DNA of 64,000 bases from positions 98,518,001-98,582,000 of the forward strand of contig NC_042998.1 of the NCBI RefSeq assembly GCF_006345805.1, written 5' to 3'. This stretch comes from Octopus sinensis (lineage: Eukaryota). Of this stretch, positions 26,440 through 37,625 are shown piece by piece. Position 1 is the stretch's first letter. Every line of letters starts with the position of its first letter. The notes beneath the pieces were generated by a model. That model was given only the letters and a program-made list of their open reading frames with translations, searched no databases and was not told the origin of the DNA. The translations under genes were made by a program, and so were the position numbers.

Positions 26440-27300
26440 ATGATTTTAGCATATTGAACCTGAGGACAATCTTGAAAAGCCTGTTTCCAGTAATCATTAT
26501 TAGGCTTGTTATTTGGGTGTAATACCATGTTCATCATGTAATGTTGATTGAGTAGTCTATGTTTGTTGTATTGTTTGAAAATCATTTTTAGAATTAGTTC
26601 TTTGTTAGAAATACTAATTTGTAGCTATAAGTTATTACTATTTGTTTACGCTTATGTTGTTATTTATAGTAATAAGCTAGAAGATTCTAAGGCAGTGAAT
26701 TGAATGGTACAATCCAGATATTGAAACTAGTGATATCCGTTCGGGTAGCTGATGATGAGAATATACATATGTTATGCTTGATTGTGAACTTCTTGTATCT
26801 TAGTCTTGTTATTTTGGGTTGTCCTTCAATTTTTTAAAAGTGGAAAGTGTTTGTGAATTCATAGTCTGTGGGGATTGCTTACTTTGGTATTGTTTGGTTT
26901 TCTTCATAGGTAACCAAATTAGGCTTGGATAACACTTAAATATTGGTGTTTAGTTTTGGGAGGTTCTGTGGAATATCTTATTTTTGATTAGGTGCATTTT
27001 AGCTTGAGACAAACCTTAGTTAGATCAAGTACTTATATATTTTGAGTTTGTAATAAACTGAGTGGTCACATATTTAATCTTGGTCAGATTATTTTACCAC
27101 AACAGAATGTTATGTTTGAGTGAAAGACCACATAACTCAAGCAGGCTCAGTTTAAAGAATCTAAAATTGTATCCAAGATCAAACTTACTTTCTATTGCAT
27201 GCTCCAATTTAACTAAATTAAATAATATGGATTTGAAGTTGTTTCCCTTGTTTTTCTTGACAAGAATTAATAATTTAAGTTAATGATTTTTCTCTTTATT
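26440..27300 (-). mobile_element. Possible very old Penelope-like RT/GIY-YIG fossil
   Basis: LLELCGLSLKHNI then GKII*PRLNM*PLS resembles the PLE RT motif NNYF.F.GK.Y.Q..G..MG.PLS; heavily decayed. Confidence 0.3.
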
Positions 27301-27475
27301 AAAATTCTAAATTTGATTAATTGAAATTTCTTTTTGGCTCATGGTTTTAAGTAAATTAGCCACCACTTAACTATATAAGGTCACTCTCAGAAATTTTCCT
27401 CAGTTATCATTTTAAGTTAGCAAATAAATAAATGTTTTATACTTAAAAGCTATATTTATTCTTGCAAACATTCAA

Positions 27476-27938
27476 GGAGAAGTATTGCCAAGAAATCAAT
27501 AAAATGAATCAAAACCTGCAATATTATGTCCAACATTGACAGTCAAAGAGGACCAATACTTTTCCATAGCAGTGCCTAACCACTATTTTCAAAAATGATT
27601 GAAGAAATTGAATTGCCTGAGCTATGAGACTCTATCTCACCTGACTTACTTCCCAGATCACTCTCTGACAAACTATCAGTCTTTTAAGTATTTCAGTGAC
27701 TTCTTGCAAAATAATGTTTTCAACTATGAACCAGCAACTTAAAATACATTGGAAGAGTTCTCTTTGATTTCAAGATTCCAGAATTCTATGCCACCAGAAT
27801 TGACAGGTTTGCTTCTTGTTAGTAAAAGTTGTGTAAATTATAATAGCTATTATTTCAGTGAATACAATTTACTCTAATCTGAAATATATTGCTTTAAAGT
27901 TGATGGTTAAGACCACAATTATTTTCACATCAATAAAA
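27476..27938 (+). mobile_element. Mariner (Hsmar1/cecropia-like) transposase C-terminal fossil with 3' terminal inverted repeat
   Basis: EKYCQEINKMNQNL..RGPILFH..YETLSHLTYFPD..FKYFSDFLQ..EFYATRID..CVNYNSYYF, then ACCACAATTATTTTCACATCAA TIR-like end. Confidence 0.85.
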
Positions 27939-28306
27939 TCTTTGCTTGAAGATTGTAGTGGTGTGAAACTTGAGTTACAAGACCAACTCACAGTTTCAAT
28001 TTCAATAAAAATGCTACACACATGAAAAACTTTTAGAATTTCTTATTTATCTCTGTGTATTTCATGAAACATATATTTTCTCTTGGTTAATTTCCAGTTA
28101 GTAGCAATCATGTAGAGCACTATTTCGGTATTTTTACAAATCTTCAGCATGACATAACCTGGAGTATGTTAATTAAGCATTTTATGAAATACAACCTTTC
28201 TTGTAGTCAGCATTTGTTTTCCTGTAATTAATTTAATAGAAATAGAAAACAAATAAAGGAACAAATTAAAGACAGCTGAGAGAAATCAGTAAAAAAAAAA
28301 ACTCAC

Positions 28307-28525
28307 CAAGGTAAGCAGTTTGTTCCTGTAGTTCTATGCAGCCAGGTTTCACAAAATACTTTTCTGTTGGTAGAAAATTATCTGATTGGCCTTGTTCAGT
28401 AATGTTTATATGATGGCTACCCGTTTTGGTATTAGACTGGCTACTATGTTTTATAGGTGGATTCAAGGCATGAAGGACAACTGACAATGCATATCGGATG
28501 TCAGCATGAAGGAGCCGAGGAGAAT
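28307..28525 (-). CDS. UNC80: UNC80 exon (DSPRLLHADIRYALSVVLHALNPP...QTAYL)
   Basis: 219 nt, atccag / GTGAGT, phase 1 to 1. Confidence 0.93.
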
Positions 28526-29056
28526 CTGGATGAAAGTAAAAAAAAAGAAAAGGAAAAAAGTAGTTTCTTTTAAAAACCCTTATTATCTTTTATTTCTTTT
28601 TGTGAGGTCATCAGATCAATGAATAACAAGTGGTGATTTCCTTGGCAAGTACTATGTGCTTGTCATGGAAGAATAGAGTCTTTTTTTAGGTAGTTTTACA
28701 AAACATCATCTTGTTAGTTAGATACAAATTTGGTACTCAGAAGGTAAAGAGTTGGAACAAACACCACAAAGCATGTTGTCTGATACTTTAGCAATTCTGT
28801 CCATCCCTTGCCCTAGATTCATATTGTTTTACTCTTTTATTATTTCTTTCTTTTATCTTGGCTCTCTCGTTTGACTGCAGCCAAATGAAGTTGTGCAGTT
28901 GAAAAGATTAAAAGCAAAAGGGAAAGGTGGTATTTTAAGAAGGTCAATAAAATGTACACAACAGAAATATATTTTTTTTTAAAAAGGGAATTGTTATTGC
29001 ATAAAACTAGTTAATTTAAAAGAAATGGTTTTTTTTTTATTTATTTATTAACCTAC

Positions 29057-29180
29057 CTCTTCTTCCATAGCCAGTTCGAATGCAGAGAGGCAGAATAAAA
29101 TCAACGAGCATGTTTAAACAGCACTCTATTGAAGGGAAAACAGACATTCCTCCAAATATTTGTTCCAGAGAAAATTGTTC
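29057..29180 (-). CDS. UNC80: UNC80 exon (EQFSLEQIFGG...LPLCIRTGYGRR)
   Basis: 124 nt, aatcag / GAG|GTAGGT, phase 0 to 1. Confidence 0.92.
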
Positions 29181-29983
29181 CTGATTTAGAAAAATAAGTA
29201 AAGAAATTACAAAATAAATAAAGTTTTAAAAAATTTTATAAATCATTGTTTCAGATTAAGTTTTACTTTCCTCTAAATAAGGTAGTTTAGGGTTACAAGG
29301 GTAGATCACAGGTCAGTTTTTTTATTCTTTTAAAACTGATTTCCCTTATTAGACCATGGCCATGCTGGGGCACAGCCTTCAAAGATATAGCTGATTATAT
29401 TGACCTCTCTAGTTTATCTGGTTCTTATTTTATCAGCATTGAAAAAAGAAACTGGGTAAGTTGACCTAAGTGGGATTTGAACTAATAACATAAAAGGATG
29501 TGACTAAATAGCACAAGGTATTTTGTTGAGGCTCTACCAGTTCTGCCTATCCACTGATAAATGTCATATCAATTTGTAGATCTGCCTTAAACAGTTATTG
29601 TCATCATTGTTGTAATTGTCATCATTTTTATAGCTACTTTTCCATATGTGCATGGCTCAGACAGGATTTTTGTTGAGACAGATTTTCTATGACTAGATAG
29701 CCTTTCTGTTACCAACCCTCACCTGCTTCCAAACAAGATAATATTTCCCAATAACCGGACATGTTTTCATAGAAGATTGGGAACAAAAGACACCACTTGC
29801 ATGACAATGGCATTCATTTACAACGATATGTGATGTCAAGGCAAGGTGACAGTAACCTATACACATGCACATCCATACATATATACATATATGACAGGTT
29901 TCTTTCAGGTTCCATCGACCAAATCCACTCACAAAATTTATGGAAAGAAAATTAGCAAAAAATGAATAATGAAGAATAATTAC

Positions 29984-30166
29984 CCCAAGAACTTGCATTT
30001 GCATTGCAACAAGTTTAATGACTGCTGAACAAAAAATTGAAGGAGCTGGCAGCAGAGCTTGACTTTGGTCACTCTTGTGGCTTCCATAGAAAGTTGGGAC
30101 CATATGGTCTTGCGATGAACCGGTGCTTCCAGAGAGAATTAAACCAATCAATACATTGATGAGAGT
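29984..30166 (-). CDS. UNC80: UNC80 exon (TLINVLIGLILSG...FCSAVIKLVAMQMQVLG)
   Basis: 183 nt, ttgcag / GTAATT, phase 0 to 0. Confidence 0.93.
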
Positions 30167-30214
30167 CTGCAATAATAAAAATAATATAAATAAAAAACAA
30201 TAACATCAATAATA

Positions 30215-30650
30215 ATTCTTTCTAATTTTGGTACAAGGCCAGCAATTTTGGTGGGAGGAGGAAGTTGATTACATTGGCCCCCAGTACATGATTGATACTT
30301 ATTTCATTGACCTCTCAGGAAGAAAGACAAAGTTGACATCAGCACTGTTTGAACTCAGAATGTAAAGAACCAGAGGAAATGCTGCTAAGCATTTTGCTCA
30401 GTGAAGAAACAATCTTGACAGTTCACCACCTTAATAATGGTTTCAAATTTTGGTACAAGGCCAGTACATTTGAGGAAGGAGCTACATTGACCCCCCCCCC
30501 CAGTTCTCAACTAGTACTTAATTTATTGACCCCAAAAGAGTGAAAGGCAAAGTCAACCTTGGTGGAATTTGAACTCAGAATGTAAAGACCGATGAAATGC
30601 TGCCAAGTACTTTGCCCAGCATACTAATGATTCTGCTAGCTCATCACCTT
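30215..30650 (-). repeat. Tandem SINE pair just upstream of the 30166 acceptor
   Basis: Two head-to-tail copies of the dominant family. Confidence 0.85.
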
Positions 30651-31342
30651 GATAATAGCAATAATAATATCAATAATGATAATTCTTCCCTTGTCAGGTA
30701 GTAACAACCATGGTCTGCCAAGTTGCCACTGGAAAAAGTGTTGCTGCAGATTGCAGTCTAGATGAGAGATTTATCACCATAGAATGGGAAGCTTGTGATG
30801 CTGTCTGGCTGTGCCTAAAACATTATAATATTGAGGCAGCATGCTGACAGAAGCAGCCAGCACTGAGATGGCATGACAACAGATGGAGTGCAAACATCTA
30901 CTGTAGACCTGCAATGGTATTGGTGTTATTCACAGATCCAATCCAAGAAATCAAGTTCCTAACAGAAATTTAGCAAATAAAATAAATTAGTTCCATGAAA
31001 AATGATGTAGCTTTCTTATGTTGACATGAACAGATACATTTTGGTATTGGTTATACTCAACTGTATTGAACGCAGAACATGCCTTGTATTTAGATTATCA
31101 GTTTCAGGGGCATGAACTCAAAGCAATAGGTGAAACTAAATTCTTTAAGACATACAGACCAACTAGTACACAACTGTCTTTGCCACACCACCAACCCAAT
31201 AGCTATTATTAATGATATAGATACACAACATAAAGCACCAGATAACAGTAACAACAAGATTACTCCTTCCATTACATCAAAATCAGCTATTGTGCATGGA
31301 GTTAAATAGAGCATCCAAGGCAAATCCTCCATATATGCACAT

Positions 31343-34300
31343 TCATCATCATCATCATCATCATCATCGTTTAATGTCCGCTTTCCATGCTAGCATGGGT
31401 TGGACGGTTCAACTGGGGTCTGGCAAGCTCGAAGGCTGCACCAGGCCAGTCAGATCTGGCAGTGTTTCTACAGCTGGATGCCCTTCCTAACGCCAACCAC
31501 TCCGAGACTGTAGTGGGTGATTTTATGTGCCACCGACACAGGTGCCAGACAAGGCTGGCAGACGGCCATGCTCAGATGGTGTTTTTATGTGCCACCGACA
31601 CAGGTGCCAGACGAGGCTGGCAGACGGCCACGCTCGGATGGTGTTTTTATGCGCCACCGACACAGGTGCCAGACGAGGCTGGCGAACGGCCATGCTCGGA
31701 TGGTGTTTGTTACGTGCCCTCAGCACGGAGGCCAGTCGATGCGGTACTGGCTACGGTCACGTTCAGATGGTTTTCTTATGTGCCACTGGCACTGGTACCA
31801 CAAGGATACAAATTCCATTGATGTTCATCTATTTTGATTTGGTTTGATTTGATTTGATTTGATTTGATTGATTGATTTTCACTTGCCTCAACAGGTCTTC
31901 ACAGGTGTCACAAGAAGGAAGGTATGCACAGGTGGACTGACTACGTCCCAGGTAGGGGCCACGGGTTATGGCTTCACTAGTCTTGCTGGGTCTTCTCACG
32001 CACAGCATACTTCCATAGGTCTCGGTCTCTAGTCATTTCCATGGTGAGACCTAACGTTCGAAGGTCGTGCTTCACCACCTCGTCCCAGGTTTTCCTGGGT
32101 CTACCTCTTCCACGGGTTCCCTCAACTGCTAGGGATTGGCACTTTCTCACACACCTATCTTCATCCATTCTCGCCACATGACCATACCAGCACAATCGTC
32201 TCTCTTGCACACCACAACTGATGCTTCTTAGGTACAACATTTCTCTCAAGGTACTAACGCTCTGTCGAGTAAGTACACTGACATTACACATTCATCGGAG
32301 CATACTGGCTTCATTCCTCACGAGCTTACGCATGTCCTCAGCAGTCACGGCCCATGTTTCACTGCCATGTAGCATGGCTGTTCGTACACATGCATCATAC
32401 AGTCTGCCTTTTACTCTGAGCGAGAGGCCTTTAGTCACCAGCAGAGGTAGGAGCTCCCTAAACTTTGCCCAGGCTATTCTTATTCTAGCAGTTACACTTT
32501 CAGCGCACCCACCCCCACTACTGACTTGGTCACCTAGATAACGGAAGCTATCAACTACTTCTAGTTTTTCCCCCTGGAAAGTGACAGAAGTTGTTTTCTG
32601 CAGATTTTCGGAGGTCAATGCTCCCGAGCATCTGCCACATACAAAAACTATCTTCCCAGTTAGCCTACCTTTGACATTGCTGCACCTCTTATGTGTCCAT
32701 AGCTTACACTGGGTACATCTTATAGAGTTTCTACCTACACCTTTTCTACAGATTGAGCAGGGCCATCTTCCTGAGGACATTTGTGGATTGTCTACCTTTC
32801 TACTTATTAGTACTTTGGTTTTAGCTAGGTTGACTCTAAGGCCCCTCGATTCTAAACCCTCCTTCCACACCTGGAACTTCTCCTCCAGTTCTGATAGTGA
32901 CTCAGCAATTAGAGCGAGGTCGTCAGCATAGAGGAGCTCCCAGGGGCAACCTGTCTTGAATTCCTCCACAATTGCCTGGAGGACAATGATAAATAGGAGG
33001 GGGCTGAGTACTGAACCCTGGTGGACCCCAACCTCTACTTTGAATTCTTCTGTGTACATGTTGCCAACCCTAACCTTGCTTACGGCATCTCTGTACATGG
33101 CTTGCACAGCCCTCACCAGCCATTTATCTATCCCTAGTTTCCTCATTGACCACCAGATGAGGGATCGGGGGACCCTATCAAAGGCTTTCTCCATGTCAAC
33201 GAAAGCCAGGTACAGGGGCTTATCTTTGGCTAGGTATTTCTCCTGCAGCTGCCTTACCAGGAATATAGCATCAGTGGTACTTTTCCCTTGCACAAACCCA
33301 AACTGCATCTCATCTAAACTAACTCTCTCTCTAATTAGTTGGGCTATGACCCTCTCCGTAACCTTCATTACCTGATCCAACAGCTTGATATCTCTGTAAT
33401 TATTTGTATCTAGGGCATCACCTTTACCTTTGTAGCAGTTGACTAGTATGCTGCTACACCAGTCATTGGGTATGACTCCTTCGTGTATCACCTGGTTGAC
33501 TATACGGGTGACTAGGTTATAGCCGACACTGCCAGATATTTTGAGCATCTCTGCAGTAATTCCAGATGGGCCTGGGGCTTTCCCTGTCTTCATGCTTCTA
33601 ATTGCCTTAGCTACCACGGAACTATCAACTCGGATAGCTGGTCCCTCTGTTGGGTCAACATTCGGCAGACTCTCTTTATCCCGTTCATTTTCTTTATTCA
33701 GCAACCTTTCATAGTGGCATCTCCAAACCTCTCTCTTTGCATCCTCATTTAGCGCAAGTGAACCATCATCCATGCGAACACACTTCTCTCCTACCACATC
33801 ACGATTTTCTCTCACACACTGTCTTGCAACACGAAATACCTCAAGTCTTTCATCCTCATGGCTCAGAACATTGGCAAATTTTTTCTTATCCGCTTACCCT
33901 CTGGCTAAATAAACCTGTCTCCTAGCTTCCCTTTTGGCTGTCTGATACAATTCCCTGCTACCACCGTTCTTCCAGTCCTTCCAAGCCTGTCTCTTTTGTC
34001 TAATAGCCATGTCAACCACGGTGTTCCACCACCATGTTACTCTGGGTCGAGATGGTACTTTGCTCCATCCACAGATCTGTTCAGTGGCTGTCAGCAGATT
34101 GTCTCGTAGGAATCTCCAGTTGTCTTCCACATTAAGTGAAGCTATATCCCCTTCTATTTCGTCAAAGGCTTCGAGTAGTATGTCTCTAAATCTCTGTCCA
34201 TTTGCAGGATCTTTAAGCTTCCAGACCCTTCTCCTCCAAGCTGGTCTTCTTCTGGGCAACCATTTAGCTCTGATCCTGATGTCGCTAACTACTAATCTAT

Positions 34301-34467
34301 GTTGAGGAGTACATTCCTCGCCTGGAAAGGTTTTGGCATTTATAATCAGTCCTCTTTCCCTTTTTCTGGCAAGGATGTAGTCAATCTGGCTGGTGTGTCT
34401 GCCAGAACGGTAGGTGACTAGGTGAGAGGTGGGTTTCCTGAAGTTGGTATTGCAGACCATAAGGTCA
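31343..34467 (-). mobile_element. RTE-clade LINE, 5'-truncated, young copy (end of APE endonuclease, RT, Cys/His finger, repeat-containing 3' UTR, (GAT)n tail)
   Basis: SQIDYIL endonuclease motif, QFGF, FVDMEKAFDRV, GVHQGSVLSPLLF, LLYADD, RGRGRPRKTW. The three supplied ORFs are one frame broken only by stops at 33894-33896 and 32292-32294. Confidence 0.95.
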
Positions 34468-35322
34468 TACAAGCAGATATATGTTACCACATACATGTAG
34501 CATATGAAGCTCACCAAGAATGAAAATAATGACTATATGTAAGAGGAGGAAGGATATAAAAGCTAAGAGAGAAATTAGATTTGCATATTCTTAAAATCTA
34601 AAATGCTTTATTTTTCTTCATATTCTGTTCAACACCACAACAAATTTAAACTAAACTCCTTTTACATCTTCTGAAAATATTGATTTTTTTGTTTTATTTA
34701 TTAAACATTTGAGCTTTAATCTTAGCTACATGCCTTGTGAAGGTGGATGGACCAGGTATTAGTGTACTGGGTTTTAAGTCAGAAGGGAATGCATTTAATT
34801 CCTGCACTGGGCTGTGCATTATGTCCTTGAGAAAGTTCATTTCATGTTGGTGTAGTCTCCTCAGCTGACTATGAGTATCAGCTGTATAGCAGCAGCAATT
34901 GGGATTAACCTTACGATGGATTGGTATCTCATTTAGGAATAGCAATAGAAACTGCCTGTTGTTTTATTTCTGTTATATAAAAGTTTCCATGATAACCTGA
35001 ACTACTCATGGTCTTGACTACTGACACATGTTTAACCTTATAAGATGACTGGTCACCACTTTTGTGCTAGAAAGAAGAAAGAGCCAATGTAACCCAGAAT
35101 ATATATAATTTTCTTTCAAATTCTAATTGAAATTTAAATATCTCTTTTCTATTGAATCTTAAATAATAACACCCTTATCCTTATATATCTTGTAAAGATG
35201 CTTCTTTTTTCTTTTTTTTTTGAGTGACAAAGCATCCATTTCAGAAAATGATAAAGAAAATATTTTGTGGTCAAAAATGATTGGAAACGATTAGACAAAG
35301 AGACAAATGTAAATTTTATTAC

Positions 35323-35378
35323 CTTAAGATGAGAAAGATGGGCAATAAAACTGTGTTTGCGCAGGGTTAAGTAAACAC
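35323..35378 (-). CDS. UNC80: UNC80 exon (GVYLTLRKHSFIAHLSHLK)
   Basis: 56 nt, tttaag / AAG|GTAATA, phase 1 to 0. Confidence 0.92.
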
Positions 35379-35731
35379 CTTAAAAAGAACAGAAAAAGGC
35401 AATATATCAATTAAGCAGTGGTCTGATGGCATTTGTGCCTACTCCCTACTGATCACCCCAAATTTCAGTGCAGATATTAATGTACTTCAGTCCATAATGG
35501 ATCTAACAACTGATTTATTATATAAGAATGTATATAATGAATTTGTTTATTTCTTTTTTTATTAAATATTTAGTTTTAACATATGTTATCGGATATGTTA
35601 ATAAGAAATAGAAGCTAAACCAGTGAGACAGTTTCTACCCAGTTATCTGACTTGCTAAATGTATCATCCTAATCTTCAAATTACACTCTGCCATTTTTGG
35701 CCTAAACAACAACAAATACAACAAAGCTTAC

Positions 35732-35771
35732 CTTTAAGTAAGTTTGCAGCAGCTTCCCAGTCAATTTGTCT
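35732..35771 (-). CDS. UNC80: UNC80 exon (RQIDWEAAANLLK)
   Basis: 40 nt, tttcag / AAG|GTAAGC, phase 0 to 1; matches the RQVEWEPASNLIEG-type motif. Confidence 0.92.
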
Positions 35772-36799
35772 CTGAAATAACATTAAATGAAACGTTCTGA
35801 TAAAAGAGATTCCAAATGTAATGAAAGACATTGGTTGAAGTCTGTGAAAGAATTTTATATAATATTTTTTGGCATACAGTTTGAATTTTTCAGGCCTAAA
35901 GTTACAGCCAAAAAAAAAAAAGAAATGTCTTAAATACCAAAGAAAAAAAAATTTAGAGGACTAAAAATTCCATGTGAAATGTAGCAGGGTTTGGAAAGAT
36001 AGTGACTATATATGAATATTTACACCACATGGTTACATTATATATAATCTCTATATGTATGCCAGAAGATACAGTAGATATATTTATAGTTTCATTTATT
36101 CATAGTTCTTGGTGGTTTCCATTCCTTTTAGACATTATTTACTTTGATGGAAATAAAATTTAAGTAAATTTAAAAATTTATATAAAATCATGAAAAGAAA
36201 GACATATTTAAACCTGATATCCCCCAACTACAAAATTCTAAAATTTATGTATAATGATATAATTGATTAGTTATTGATATTTTAATGAATCACAAGAAAA
36301 AATAGGTAATTATGATAAGGAAATCTCCTTTATACATTTGGATAATGTTCAGTCAACAAAGAAAACTTTATGCATTCACAAGATCTGTCAAAAATAGCAG
36401 CCAAATCTTATTCAAATCACTCCTTGCTATTTAAAAAATGGAAGATCACAGTGTGAGATACACAATGACTGGCTGGTCATAACTGAAATTATTAGGTTTG
36501 CTCAGTCAAACTTGGCTTGAGTCTAAACAACAACTGGGATAATGTTGTCAGAAATATGTAGGTATATAGATTGTTATTCATTACTGGAACTAATTTTACT
36601 GACCTAAATCAAATGATAATGAGACATGTCTGCTCTGATAGGGTTATAATCAAATGATAATGAGACAGATCATCTCTAATAGGATTTTAATTGTCAAACT
36701 TCAGCAAATTGGCAGATGAAATATGTTGTGGTATTTGTTATAGCTTCTTGTACTCTGAATTTAAGACACTGCCTAGGTCAACTTTGCCATTACAAGGTT

Positions 36800-37135
36800 C
36801 ACTCCTTGCTGTGATGTAGTGGCTTCTGTGTCTTGATGACCCTAAAAGCTATGCCAGCAGAGAACAAGTTCCTGGTAGAGCCTCTCATACTGGCCAGGTG
36901 AAAGGATAGCGGCCAGGTTAAAATGGACCACCTCTTCCAACAGCTAAAAATGGATTTGCATAGGGACAACACCACCACTGAGAAAAAAAAAATATATATA
37001 AAGCACAGTTACAGAAGCACTGATGACAATTCAAACCCAACAAGACCCAGGAGAGGAAAGATAGCCCAAAGTTGAGAACAGTGGAGAAAAGTTGTCAATG
37101 ACCTATGAATCAATGGTAAACAAGGCTATATAACA
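36800..37135 (+). mobile_element. Internally deleted (bipartite) RTE derivative: 5'UTR-like segment joined to a 3'-end-like segment
   Basis: GGCTTCTGTGTCTTGATGACCC..AGCTATG..CCTGGTAG..CAGGT..GGCCAG resembles Expander/Rex3-type RTE 5' UTRs (from memory); followed by CAGTGGAGAAAAGTTGTCAATGACCTATG (QWRKVVNDL), an RTE ORF-end motif. Confidence 0.5.
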
Positions 37136-37314
37136 ATGAAATATAGAAAAAGTAGTTTCATTCTTTATGAAGAAGTATTGAAAAGACTTTTTCCTTTCTT
37201 TTATTTTGTAATTAATCCTTTTCATTAAATACAATGTGACTGCTTGATGACCTTGATTTCATTTTAGTACATCTAGGGCAAGCCAACTTGTTGGAACCCA
37301 GGTTAGAACAGTAA

Positions 37315-37625
37315 AGGCATGTGGTCTAATGGTTAGGGGATGCAGCCCACAACTGTAGGGTCATGAATTTGATTCCTGGCAGTACATTGCGTCCTTGAGC
37401 AAGACACTTTATTTCACATTGCTCCAGTACACTCAGCTGGCAAAAATGAGTTGTATCTGTAATTCAAAGGACCAGCCTTGTCTCACTGAATCTCTTTGTG
37501 ATCTACATTAAGGGTACATGTGTTTGTGGTATGCTCAGTCACTTACAAGTTTATTTCACAAGCAGGCTATTCCATTCATTGGATCAACTAGAACCCTGAG
37601 CACTATAACCAATGGAGTACCAGTT
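37315..37625 (+). repeat. tRNA-derived CORE-like SINE
   Basis: TGGTCTAATGG A box, B-box remnant, GTCCTTGAGCAAGACACTT core; relatives near 34730-34935, 52065-52350, 53310-53470 and 62560-62705. Confidence 0.75.

Noticed and set aside
31520-31800. Regularly spaced repeats resembling a CRISPR array
   Set aside because: Whole 62-bp units repeat with no unique spacers, inside a LINE 3' UTR in eukaryotic DNA; no cas genes.
32292-33896. Idea that A-to-I editing rescues the RTE stop codons
   Set aside because: The copy lacks its promoter and most of the endonuclease, so rescue would not give a functional element; no editing data.
32221-34305. Several plus-strand ORFs of about 90-140 aa
   Set aside because: Antisense shadows of the RTE coding sequence.
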